Positions 9,099 through 17,965 of a stretch of 64,000 nt of DNA are shown one piece after another. The translations under genes were made by a program, and so were the position numbers. Source of the DNA: an uncultured Candidatus Saccharibacteria bacterium (GTDB taxonomy: Bacteria > Patescibacteriota > Minisyncoccia > Phycocordibacterales > CAIRYW01). The stretch spans positions 192 to 64,191 of the forward strand of contig CAYUPH010000003.1 in assembly GCA_964446625.1 (NCBI GenBank), written 5' to 3'. The number at the start of each line of letters is the position of its first letter. Position 1 is the first letter of the stretch. The notes under the pieces are model-generated. The model did not search any database. It saw nothing but the letters and a program-made list of their open reading frames with translations, and was not told the origin of the DNA.

Positions 9099-10322
9099 AT
9101 GAAAAATTTTTGGAAAAAAGTAGGACTTCTTTCGGTTGGTTCATTTATCGTTGCGCTCTCTTTTTTTGCAGGGCTCTATGTTGATGCATCAAACCGATCA
9201 GGAACTGAAGGACAAATTACTATTTATGACAAAGACGGTAATCCACAGACGGTTACTGTAGACTTTTCGCTTCTTTATAAGACTCTTGATGTAATCGGAC
9301 GAAAATATGTTGACCGAGGAAACGCGTCAACAACAGCGGACACAATTGTCTACGGTGCAGTGAAAGGGCTTGTTGATTCGCTCGGCGATCCATACAGCAT
9401 GTTCTTTACTCCTGAAGAAAATGAAGCGTTTGAAGAGGAACTTTCTGGTTCTCTTGAAGGAGTAGGAATGTCAGTGGGTATTAAAGAAGACGGATTTTAT
9501 GTCATTTCTCCAATCAAAAACTCTCCTGCGGAAAGAGCTGGAGTAAAAGCTGGCTACAAGATTCTAAAGGTAGCTGGTCAATCTGTTGCTGATATGAGTC
9601 TTGATGAAGCAGTGAAGCTTATTCGAGGAAAGAAAGGAACGGCAGTTGATGTAGTTTTTGAAACAGAAGAAGGAAAAGAAATCAAAATCACTCTCGTGAG
9701 GGATGTAATTATTGTGCCTTCTGTTGAAACTAAATACGAAGGTAAGGATACTTTCTATGTAAAGATCAATGAGTTCAATGCAAACGCGTCTTCACAGTTT
9801 CGAACAGCGATGAAAGACCTCTATGCTTCAAAGAGACAAAAACTTATTATTGACCTTCGAAATAATCCTGGGGGATATCTCGACAGTGCTGTTGATATTG
9901 CAAGTTGGTTTCTTCCTTCTGGGAAAGTGATTGTAACAGAAGATTATGGTCACGGGTCTAATCCACGAATTCACAGAAGCAGGGGATACAATATTTTTGA
10001 TAACCTTCAAGTCGTAGTTCTTGTAAACGAAGGTTCTGCATCTGCTTCAGAAATTCTTGCAGGAGCTTTAGCGGATTACAATGTTGCTGCGCTTGTTGGA
10101 ACTAAGACTTTTGGAAAGGGGTCTGTTCAAGAAGTTGTCTACCTGGATGAAGGATCAGCGCTAAAGATTACAGTTGCAAAATGGCTAACACCAAAAGGAA
10201 AGTCTCTATCTAAAAACGGTATTAATCCAGAATTTGAAGTAAAAGCAGAAGAAAGTCCGGACGACGCCAGTAAAGACGATAAAGTCTACCAAAAGGCACT
10301 TGAGGTCCTTAAAAGCAAGTAA
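9099..10322 (+). CDS. ctpA: S41 carboxyl-terminal processing protease
   Basis: LGDPYS, PDZ domain, IDLRNNPGG, SASASEI, FGKGSVQ. Confidence 0.95.
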   Translation: MKNFWKKVGLLSVGSFIVALSFFAGLYVDASNRSGTEGQITIYDKDGNPQTVTVDFSLLYKTLDVIGRKYVDRGNASTTADTIVYGAVKGLVDSLGDPYSMFFTPEENEAFEEELSGSLEGVGMSVGIKEDGFYVISPIKNSPAERAGVKAGYKILKVAGQSVADMSLDEAVKLIRGKKGTAVDVVFETEEGKEIKITLVRDVIIVPSVETKYEGKDTFYVKINEFNANASSQFRTAMKDLYASKRQKLIIDLRNNPGGYLDSAVDIASWFLPSGKVIVTEDYGHGSNPRIHRSRGYNIFDNLQVVVLVNEGSASASEILAGALADYNVAALVGTKTFGKGSVQEVVYLDEGSALKITVAKWLTPKGKSLSKNGINPEFEVKAEESPDDASKDDKVYQKALEVLKSK

Positions 10323-10337
10323 GAAGGAAGAAAAAAC

Positions 10338-10366
10338 AAAAGCCCCGCCGCTAGGCGGGGCTTTTT
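10338..10366 (+). terminator. intrinsic terminator
   Basis: AAAAGCCCCGCC/GGCGGGGCTTTT hairpin. Confidence 0.85.
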
Positions 10367-10427
10367 AAAAACTCGACAAACTGCTGTTTTGGTATATAAT
10401 CGGGAGCACAGTTAATAATTCAAAAAA

Positions 10428-10871
10428 ATGAAAGTACTACTACTAAAAGATATTGCCAAAGTTGGTAAAAAATACGATTTAAAAGATGTAGCGGATGGAT
10501 ACGCTCTTAACTTCCTAATTCCTCAGGGACACGCAAAAACTGCAACAAAAGAAGTTGAAAAGGAGGCTGAGAAACTAAAAGCAGAACTTGCAGCAGAAAA
10601 GAAAGTTCACGAGGATCTTCTTGCAAAGAACCTGCATGAAGTAGACGGAAAAACTATTTCTCTTAAACTAAAAGCAAACGACAAAGGACACCTCTTTAGC
10701 GCAGTTCACAAGGAAAACCTTGTATCTGAAATCAAGGCGCAAACTGGTGCGGACATCCTTCCTGATTTTATTGACCTCGGAGGACATGTAAAAGAAGTGG
10801 GAAGCTACAAAGTAAAAGTATCTGCAGGAGGAAAGGAAGCGACTCTTACTCTAGAAATCAGTGCGAGATAA
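10428..10871 (+). CDS. rplI: 50S ribosomal protein L9
   Basis: MKVLLLKD...[14 protein letters not shown]. Confidence 0.96.
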   Translation: MKVLLLKDIAKVGKKYDLKDVADGYALNFLIPQGHAKTATKEVEKEAEKLKAELAAEKKVHEDLLAKNLHEVDGKTISLKLKANDKGHLFSAVHKENLVSEIKAQTGADILPDFIDLGGHVKEVGSYKVKVSAGGKEATLTLEISAR

Positions 10872-10890
10872 TTGAATTAAAAGAAAGCAC

Positions 10891-10919
10891 AAAAAAACCG
10901 CCCGAAGGGCGGTTTTTTT
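10891..10919. terminator. bidirectional terminator between rplI and rpmA
   Basis: A7-CCGCCC-GAA-GGGCGG-T7 between convergent genes. Confidence 0.9.
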
Positions 10920-10925
10920 GAGGCT

Positions 10926-11198
10926 TTAGTCTACGTGAGCAATCTTTAGAGTTTTGAAAGTTCCGTCGAAGTTCTTCTTTCTCTTTGATCCAAAAGAGAC
11001 AACTCCAGCTTTCTTTGCGAAGATAGTGTGATCCTTTCCTAGGTCTGTATTTCGTCCTGAAAGAATCTTTGTTCCTCGCTGTCTAACGATGATGTCGCCG
11101 ACTTTTGCCTTTTCTCCGTCGTGGAGCTTAATACCGAGGTACTTTGGCTTTGAGTCGGTCAGGTTTTTGGCCGTTCCGGCGGCTTTTTTGGTTGCCAT
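10926..11198 (-). CDS. rpmA: 50S ribosomal protein L27
   Basis: MATKKAAG...IIVRQRGT...GKDHTIFA. Confidence 0.97.
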   Translation of the reverse strand: MATKKAAGTAKNLTDSKPKYLGIKLHDGEKAKVGDIIVRQRGTKILSGRNTDLGKDHTIFAKKAGVVSFGSKRKKNFDGTFKTLKIAHVD

Positions 11199-11255
11199 AT
11201 TTCTTTTACTTTAAACCGGTTTTGCCGGCGTTTCCATTGGGTTTATAATTTAAAT

Positions 11256-11681
11256 ATGGGCTTAAATATAGAACATTTTAAACAAGAAATCAAGCATTTC
11301 GTTTCCGTCACCAAAAAAGAGCTTTTTAGCGTGTTTATAATACTCTTTGTGGGGATTTCTTGCTTTTGCCTAGGCAGGCTTTCGGCAGAGGAGATAAAAG
11401 GGGAGAGGGGAGATGTAAAAATCGAAAGTTCTGGCCTTCTAGGGGCTTCTGCTGCAGGAATTCCAAAGGAAAAAGAGCCACCTGCAAAGGTAGTTGAAGA
11501 GACTTCGGACAAGTCTACAGGAGAAGAGGTTGTAGCATCAAAGTCAGGAAAAAAGTACCACTACCCATGGTGTGCTGGAGCCAAACAAATAGCAGAGAAA
11601 AATAAAATCACTTTTAAAAACATCGGGGAGGCTCGCAGTGCAGGTTACCTCCCGGCAAGTAACTGTAAAGGATTAAAGTAG
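11256..11681 (+). CDS. membrane-anchored protein with C-terminal Ada-like metal-binding domain
   Basis: TM, then VASKSGKKYHYPWC...GYLPASNC. Confidence 0.8.
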   Translation: MGLNIEHFKQEIKHFVSVTKKELFSVFIILFVGISCFCLGRLSAEEIKGERGDVKIESSGLLGASAAGIPKEKEPPAKVVEETSDKSTGEEVVASKSGKKYHYPWCAGAKQIAEKNKITFKNIGEARSAGYLPASNCKGLK

Positions 11682-11732
11682 AAGGTAAAAGGTAGAAGGT
11701 AAAAGGAAAAAGTAGAAAGTTTAAAGTAGAAA
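11677..11732. repeat. tandem ~7-nt GTAGAAG/GTAAAAG repeat, inverted copy of the dispersed repeat
   Basis: AAAGTAGAAGGTAAAAGGTAGAAGGTAAAAGGAAAAAGTAGAAAG. Confidence 0.7.
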
Positions 11733-11758
11733 ATAAAAAAAGCCAGATGAACTCTGGC

Positions 11759-11962
11759 TTATGAGTTTTGAGGTTGAGGTGGTTCCTCCGACTGACGCTC
11801 ACCTCGTAGAAGAGCATTTCGTAACTGCCGCTCAGTGGCAACCGAACCCACAATATCATCCAAAGTCCTTTCAAAGGTTTGACCAGTGCGTTCGGCTTCA
11901 CTTTGTATGTGAGCGATGAGTTCGTGAAGTCGCTTCCTTTGTTCGGGTGTAAAGTTATTCAT
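11759..11962 (-). CDS. small helical hypothetical protein (67 aa)
   Basis: ATG ORF with TATACT upstream and an AGCCAGA/TCTGGCT hairpin plus U-tract downstream. Confidence 0.55.
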   Translation of the reverse strand: MNNFTPEQRKRLHELIAHIQSEAERTGQTFERTLDDIVGSVATERQLRNALLRGERQSEEPPQPQNS

Positions 11963-12009
11963 TGTATCTGTTTGTAGTATACAAGAGTAAAAATATTTTA
12001 CACTGTGAT

Positions 12010-12043
12010 TCCTTTCTTCCTTCTACTTTTTCCTTTCTACTTT
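12010..12043. repeat. dispersed pyrimidine-rich repeat, copy 3
   Basis: 20-nt identity to 3323-3342. Confidence 0.7.
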
Positions 12044-12070
12044 AGGCTTTCTCCCTTATACTTAACAGGT

Positions 12071-12661
12071 ATGGTAATTGTTGATGTTGAAACGACAGGA
12101 ACAGACCCACGAGTACACTCGCTTCTTTCTATTGGAGCGGTTGATTTTGAAACTGGCGAAGAATTTTTTGAAGAGTGCAGAGCTTTTCAGGGTGCAAAGG
12201 TGGAGGCAGAAGCAACTGCTGTAAATGGTATCAGCGAAAAAGAAGCTTTTAGCGAAGTAAAACAAAGCGACAAAGAGCTCGTAGAACATTTCTTTCTATG
12301 GCTTTCTAAGTCAGAAGATCACACAATTGCAGGGCAAAACCCTCATTTTGATACTTCTTTTATAATTGCGGCGGCAGAAAGGTACCATCTTAATTACTCA
12401 ATTCCAAAGAGAGTTGTTGATTTGCACTCAGTCACGTGGGCGCACATGATCCTAAAGGGAGGGAAGCCCCCTATTGCCTCAAAACGCTCAGATTTAAACT
12501 CTGACAAAATTATGGAGTATGTAGGCATTCCTGCAGAAGCACACCCGCATATCGCAATAGGTGGCGCTAAAATCGAAGCGGAAGCGTTCTCTAGACTTCT
12601 TCGAGAAAAACCTTTTTATGAAGATCAGTATTCTCAATTTCCAATCCCATGGATGAAATAA
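12071..12661 (+). CDS. DEDDh 3'-5' exonuclease (RNase T/DnaQ-like)
   Basis: DVETTG, GQNPHFD, H-x-A C-terminal motif; start set at ATG 12071. Confidence 0.88.
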   Translation: MVIVDVETTGTDPRVHSLLSIGAVDFETGEEFFEECRAFQGAKVEAEATAVNGISEKEAFSEVKQSDKELVEHFFLWLSKSEDHTIAGQNPHFDTSFIIAAAERYHLNYSIPKRVVDLHSVTWAHMILKGGKPPIASKRSDLNSDKIMEYVGIPAEAHPHIAIGGAKIEAEAFSRLLREKPFYEDQYSQFPIPWMK

Positions 12662-13974
12662 ATTCTGTCCCAAAAGAAGGTCAACCAGTTTCTATAGACC
12701 CAAAAGAGGTTCATGGAGGAAGGTTTTTTGGACGGGGCAAAATGTACTGGAAAAGGCTCGGCCCTGGCATAATTACGGGGGCAGCGGACGATGATCCATC
12801 CGGCATAGCAACTTACTCTCAGGCAGGAGCAGGGTTTGGTTTCCAGATGCTTTGGCTTTCTGTTTATACTTTTCCACTTATGGCAGTTGTTCAAGAGATG
12901 TGCTCACGAATTGCTCTTGCTACCGGACGAGGTCTTGCTGCGAATATGAGACTCTTTCTTCCAAAGTATGTTCTCTATGGGACGGCGCTCATGCTTTTTG
13001 CTGCAAATACTTTTAACATTGGAGCCGACCTAGGTGCTATGGCGGAGGCTCTTACACTAATCTTTCCCGGGATTCCGAGCTTTTTATATCTTATAGTTAT
13101 TGCAGGTGTATGTCTTTGTTTTGAAATCTTTGCCAATTACGCCTCTATTGCAAAATATTTAAAGTGGCTGACTTTTGCTCTCCTTGCTTACATAGTAACT
13201 GGACTTATTATCAAATTTTCACTTCCTGATCTGCTGCGTTTTAGCCTCGTACCACATATTAGTTTTACAAAGGACTTTTTCTTCATGATTACTGCTGTCC
13301 TTGGAACAACAATCTCTCCGTATCTTTTCTTTTGGCAGACGTCTCAGGAAGTAGAGGAGGAAAACGAGAAGAAAAACCGTAACGAAAAGGTGGATAGTGT
13401 CGAAAATCTAAAGATGATTCGCTATGATGTATGGTTCGGTATGTTTTTCTCGAACCTCGTCATGTTCTTTATTATCGCGGTCTGCGGGGACACTCTCTTT
13501 AAAGCGGGGATTACATCGATTGCAACAGCAGGGGAGGCAGCAGAAGCTCTTCGGCCTATTTCTGGAAATCTTGCCTCGCTTATCTTCACCTTAGGGATTG
13601 TAGGGACAGGGTTTTTAGCAATTCCTGTTTTGGCTGGTTCAAGTGCTTATGCCCTTTCAGAAAGTTTTGGGTGGAAGGAGGGGCTCTATAAGAAATTTCG
13701 CCAAGCAAAGCTATTTTACCTCACAATCATTGCTTCAGTGGTCCTTGGGCTTATACAGAACTTCTTCCATATCGGTGCTATGAAAACCCTTGTATACTCT
13801 GCGCTCCTCAATGGACTTATTGCACCGTTTATTCTCGTGTCAATCGTTGTTCTTGCCCGGAAAAAGGAGGTTATGGGCCAGTTTGTGAACTCAAAAGGGC
13901 AGTCTTTTGTTGCTATTTTGACTACGGTCATTATGTTTTTGGTGGCAGGAGCGACAATCTTCACACTTCTCTAA
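12649..13974 (+). CDS. NRAMP family divalent metal transporter
   Basis: GPGIITGAADDDPSGIATYSQAGA, GTTISPYLFFWQ, many TMs. Confidence 0.93.
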   Translation: MDEINSVPKEGQPVSIDPKEVHGGRFFGRGKMYWKRLGPGIITGAADDDPSGIATYSQAGAGFGFQMLWLSVYTFPLMAVVQEMCSRIALATGRGLAANMRLFLPKYVLYGTALMLFAANTFNIGADLGAMAEALTLIFPGIPSFLYLIVIAGVCLCFEIFANYASIAKYLKWLTFALLAYIVTGLIIKFSLPDLLRFSLVPHISFTKDFFFMITAVLGTTISPYLFFWQTSQEVEEENEKKNRNEKVDSVENLKMIRYDVWFGMFFSNLVMFFIIAVCGDTLFKAGITSIATAGEAAEALRPISGNLASLIFTLGIVGTGFLAIPVLAGSSAYALSESFGWKEGLYKKFRQAKLFYLTIIASVVLGLIQNFFHIGAMKTLVYSALLNGLIAPFILVSIVVLARKKEVMGQFVNSKGQSFVAILTTVIMFLVAGATIFTLL

Positions 13975-14090
13975 TTTTCGATAAAAAATAGTACAATAAG
14001 AGCTAAACCATGTCAAACAAAAAGAGAGAAAATATCCTTATTTAGAGCCCTTTTTTAAAACAAGGAGGGTGTTTTTTCTGCGTTTTTTAA

Positions 14091-14119
14091 TTGACTTTTG
14101 GTCAAAAAGATGCTAGTAT
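14091..14119 (+). promoter_or_regulatory. sigma70 promoter with an overlapping TTGAC-N5-GTCAA palindrome
   Basis: TTGACT-17 nt-TAGTAT with extended TG. Confidence 0.7.
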
Positions 14120-14122
14120 TAT

Positions 14123-14238
14123 GCCTAGCCAGATTAGTTCTGGTTTTTTGTTTGAAGGGGGAGGGCAGAGCCCAAAACCTTCATGCAGACCGTAGGAAAA
14201 CCCGGAAGGGTAGGGATGTGTTAAGGAAATTACGGATT
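14123..14238 (+). promoter_or_regulatory. structured 5' leader (candidate cis-regulatory RNA) of a lytic transglycosylase gene
   Basis: Stems GCCAGA/TCTGGT followed by a U-tract, TGAAGG/CCTTCA enclosing GGGC/GCCC, and CCGTAG/TTACGG enclosing ACCC-GGAA-GGGT. Confidence 0.55.
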
Positions 14239-14257
14239 AAAAAATAGGAAAAGGCTT

Positions 14258-14704
14258 ATTATAGAAATCATAGCAGGCGTTGGTCTCCTTGGGTCATCAA
14301 TCACTTTCTCAGGAACACCAGCATCATCTGTCTCTACAGCAACTCCTGTAGTTATAGAACATAATATTGAAGCACCTTCAAAAATTGTAGAAAAAACCGC
14401 CGAAGAGATGGTAAAAGAGAGATTTAAAAATAATCCTCTTATGCAGAAAATCTCATGGTGTGAATCTAAGTTTAGACAGTTTAATGCGGATGGTACTATC
14501 CATCGAGGAGAAATCAATCCAAATGACGTGGGACTATTTCAGATCAATACCTACTATCACCTAGAAACTGCCAAGAAAATGAATATCGACATTTTTACTC
14601 CAGAGGGTAACCTCGACTATGCCGAATATCTTTTCGAGAAGGAAGGATCACGACCATGGAACTCATCTAAAGGTTGTTGGGGACGAGAGATTGCACAGAA
14701 GTAA
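14258..14704 (+). CDS. secreted SLT/lysozyme-like lytic transglycosylase, probable non-canonical start
   Basis: CES...GLFQIN...RPW motifs. The frame is open from 14225 and encodes a signal-like segment, but has no in-frame ATG/GTG/TTG before 14408. Confidence 0.8.
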   Translation: MIEIIAGVGLLGSSITFSGTPASSVSTATPVVIEHNIEAPSKIVEKTAEEMVKERFKNNPLMQKISWCESKFRQFNADGTIHRGEINPNDVGLFQINTYYHLETAKKMNIDIFTPEGNLDYAEYLFEKEGSRPWNSSKGCWGREIAQK

Positions 14705-14720
14705 TTCTCGCTCCTAATGT

Positions 14721-14756
14721 CAAAAGCCGCTCCCTTGGGAGCGGCTTTTGCTTTTC
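14721..14756. terminator. terminator between transglycosylase and cls
   Basis: CAAAAGCCGCTCC/GGAGCGGCTTTTG hairpin. Confidence 0.85.
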
Positions 14757-14781
14757 TAACAAATCAAGCAAGGAGCTTTCT

Positions 14782-15900
14782 TTAGAGGAAGCTTCGAATA
14801 GGGTAGGCGAGAAACTCAAGGAACTTGTCTTTCAAGGGTCTCTTTTTGAAACTCGAAAGGGAAAGAAGGTTACTTTTTTCTAGGTCGCTTACAAACTGAT
14901 TTTTCATTTGCATATTAAAGAGGGGATTCCGAGAGACAATGTTTCCTTCAAAATTGTACCGGAGGCTCAGGTTGTCGAGATTCATGCTTCCTAAGGTAGA
15001 CCATGCGCTATCTATTACAACTGTTTTAGCATGAATCATTTTTTCGTAAAGATAAATCTCCGTACCTCTCTTTAAAAAAGATTCAAAGAAAGTTCGTGCA
15101 CCTGCGTCCACAAAAGGTGTATCGCTCTTTCGAGGTAGAAGGATTTTAATATTTACACCCCTGCGTAGCGCACTAAAGAGAGCTCTTTGGAGTCTCCGGT
15201 TCGGAAGAAAATAAGGAGTAGTGATACAAATTTGATTTTGCGCTTTCTGAACTTGGCGCAGAAGCTCATAGTAAATAAAACGCTTGCGTGGGAGTGGTGC
15301 ATTTGTCATATAGTCAAAGTCTGCAAGGGGAGTGGAGGCGTCTTTCTTTCCCCTATAGTATGAAATTCGTTTATAGTCCTTGTTCCAGGTAGCAAAGAAG
15401 GTTTTTTTCATCTGATGGATTATATGTGGTGCACACAGAGAGACTGTCGTTTCTCTCCAGTGTTCCATTTGGTCGGCAAGGCAAATGCTTCCTATAAAAA
15501 CTTTTGTGTCATCAACAATCAAAATTTTTCGGTGATTCCTGAAATACCAAAAAGTTTCCTGTGCTGGCTCCCAAGGCAAAAGGGGATTAAAGAATTTGAG
15601 TAGTACCCCGGCAGCGCGAAGTCTCTCAGGATCTTTTGATCTTGAAAAATTGTAGCTTCCCACGTCGTCACAAATTACTTTGACTTCGAGGCCTTCACGA
15701 GCCTTTTGAATTAGGAGATCAATAAATCTTTTTCCGATTTGGTCCGAGGCTAAAATATATTCTTCTAGGAAAATACTTTTGGTAGCAGAACTAATAGAAG
15801 AGAGCATGGCTTCCCATGCTTCTACAGAGTTTGTATAAAGCCTCCAGTTTGTGTTGTCTGTATCCACTGGAAGCCCTTCTTTTGGTTCAGCTCTTTCCAT
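14782..15900 (-). CDS. cls: cardiolipin synthase-like phospholipase D
   Basis: Two HKD motifs (HRKILIVD, HAKTVVID) and TPYF; start at the ATG 6 nt after TATAAT. Confidence 0.9.
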   Translation of the reverse strand: MERAEPKEGLPVDTDNTNWRLYTNSVEAWEAMLSSISSATKSIFLEEYILASDQIGKRFIDLLIQKAREGLEVKVICDDVGSYNFSRSKDPERLRAAGVLLKFFNPLLPWEPAQETFWYFRNHRKILIVDDTKVFIGSICLADQMEHWRETTVSLCAPHIIHQMKKTFFATWNKDYKRISYYRGKKDASTPLADFDYMTNAPLPRKRFIYYELLRQVQKAQNQICITTPYFLPNRRLQRALFSALRRGVNIKILLPRKSDTPFVDAGARTFFESFLKRGTEIYLYEKMIHAKTVVIDSAWSTLGSMNLDNLSLRYNFEGNIVSRNPLFNMQMKNQFVSDLEKSNLLSLSSFKKRPLKDKFLEFLAYPIRSFL

Positions 15901-16387
15901 ATGGGTATTATATACCTTTTCCAAAGAGTATGCTTTGACCCATTAAATCTCCATTAGTTATTTTTGTAAAATTCCCCTGCCAAAACAAAATAGGGAAAGG
16001 GAATTGGAGTTTTATTTTATTTTTGTTTTTAAATTATTTTTTGTGCACGTTGAAAGTTTTATTTAAAACTCTGTGAGAAAGGTAAAGGGAAGAAGAGGTT
16101 TTGTCTTTGTAGAAGAAGGAGGCTTCCTCTATAGGAGTGTGTCGCACAATATATCTTTTTATCAATAATATACCTAGGCAAAGAGGCTCTTTTCAAACAA
16201 ACCACTTCCCTCGCGCCAAAATTTTTTTTGGGCTGGAGTTTAAGGATTGAGAAAATATTTTTATTTTTTTCTCTTCTCCCCTTTGATCTACAAATAATTT
16301 TTTTTCTAAATTTCTACAAATATTAAAAAACCGGATTTTTGCATTTTTCCGGTTTTTCTCTTTTTTAGTGTTTTTGCTTCTTTTTGG

Positions 16388-16645
16388 CTATTTGCTTATG
16401 TTTAGACTGTGAATGAATTCTTTTGCTTTACCAAAGGCTAGGACTAGGAACTTCCAGCTTACTTTGAGTGCATCGACGAGAAGTTCGTAAAGATACTTTA
16501 GTATCTGCCAGATATCTTTTACAACTTCGCTGTTTATAATGTCTCTGAGTGTGATATTAAAAACAAATTTTAAAATAACAAGCGCAAGGACAATAAGAAT
16601 TATTTTTTTTATAAATCCTCGGCTGTAGTTATGTGCTGTATCCAT
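16388..16645 (-). CDS. small membrane protein
   Basis: N-terminal RGFIKKIILIV hydrophobic segment; own TATAAT upstream. Confidence 0.7.
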   Translation of the reverse strand: MDTAHNYSRGFIKKIILIVLALVILKFVFNITLRDIINSEVVKDIWQILKYLYELLVDALKVSWKFLVLAFGKAKEFIHSLNISK

Positions 16646-16660
16646 GATGTATAAATTATA

Positions 16661-17965
16661 TTATATAGATCCTAAATATACCATCGGATCAAGATATGCT
16701 TTTGGATCAGCAATCGGTATTGTTACTCCTTGACAGTTTTTTGTTTTCTCATTTGGAATCACCATAACCCTGGTTCCTTCGGTTGCAAGGACTGTGAGGT
16801 GTAGATGTGGACCAGTGACGTAGCCAGTTCGTCCAGAGAGAGCGATTTCTTGACCAATTTTTACACTGTCGCCGGGACTTACTTCTATTGAAGAAAGGTG
16901 TCCGTAGAGTGTTGAAAGTCCGTTAGAGTGCTTTATAAGGACCCATTTTCCATACGAGTAACAACCGCTTTTGAGGTCTGTGTTTCCTGTTGCCCATACA
17001 GTTCCGCTTTCGGATGCAAATACTTTTGTTCCATCTGTGGCTCTTAGGTCAATACCATTGTGTGAGCCTGATGTATACAATCTTTGAGCAGCAACTGTTG
17101 AACCGAAGTATTGGGTAATATAAACGTTTTGAAGTGGCCATGCGAGTACACCTTTTTTTGCAGTCGGAAGTTTGTTTGGATCAATTGCAATTTTTAGTTC
17201 AGATTCGTATTGAAAGAGTTCTTTTTCAAATTGCTCTTTTTGTTTTTTCTTTTCGGCAACTGTTTGTTGATAGAGCGCTTCTTGGCTTTTTGTCTGCGAC
17301 AGAAGAACATTTTTTTGCTTTGCAGTTTCTAGAACAGATTGCTTCTTCCCTGTTAATTCTTTTTTAAATGTAGATAGTTCTTCTTTTTTTTCTACCTCTT
17401 CACCTTGTTTTGTTGAGAGTTCTTCCTGGAGGTTTTGAAGTTCGTGAAGCCGCGAGCGAAGGGTTGTACCAAGCCTTGTTACAGACTCAATGTATGCAGA
17501 AAAAGTGCCTAAATCTTTGTAAACAAGAAGATTTTCAATAGCACTTTGTTCATCTGTCATTTGAATGTTTCGAAGAGTGCTTTTCAAATAACTTTCTGTG
17601 TTAGTTATGTCGCTTTCTTTTTGGTTTATTTCACTGCCTAAATTTTGGATAGTGAGATTAGCTTTTTCAATATTCTTTTCGGTAAGTGCAATATCTGTCT
17701 CGAGCTTTTTCTTTGCGAGGTTTAGTTCGTTGATTGCATTTTGAAGAGTTTTTTTATTGCTTCCTACAACGAGGAGTTCGCTTTCTAGTTTTTTAATTTC
17801 CGCTTCTAGGTTTTTGATTTGATCATTTTTACTGTCAATTTTGTCTTGAAGCTCGCTTACAGACGCAGCTTCGAGGACCGCATTTTTTCCAGAATAAAAA
17901 AGGCATCCAGCAAAGATTGCAAAAAGCAGAGAAAGACAAAGTATTTTTTTATTTTTCTGCAGCAT
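16661..17965 (-). CDS. coiled-coil M23 peptidase (EnvC/MepM-like)
   Basis: Signal peptide, long coiled coil, HNGID, YGHL, GPHLH. Confidence 0.92.
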   Translation of the reverse strand: MLQKNKKILCLSLLFAIFAGCLFYSGKNAVLEAASVSELQDKIDSKNDQIKNLEAEIKKLESELLVVGSNKKTLQNAINELNLAKKKLETDIALTEKNIEKANLTIQNLGSEINQKESDITNTESYLKSTLRNIQMTDEQSAIENLLVYKDLGTFSAYIESVTRLGTTLRSRLHELQNLQEELSTKQGEEVEKKEELSTFKKELTGKKQSVLETAKQKNVLLSQTKSQEALYQQTVAEKKKQKEQFEKELFQYESELKIAIDPNKLPTAKKGVLAWPLQNVYITQYFGSTVAAQRLYTSGSHNGIDLRATDGTKVFASESGTVWATGNTDLKSGCYSYGKWVLIKHSNGLSTLYGHLSSIEVSPGDSVKIGQEIALSGRTGYVTGPHLHLTVLATEGTRVMVIPNEKTKNCQGVTIPIADPKAYLDPMVYLGSI

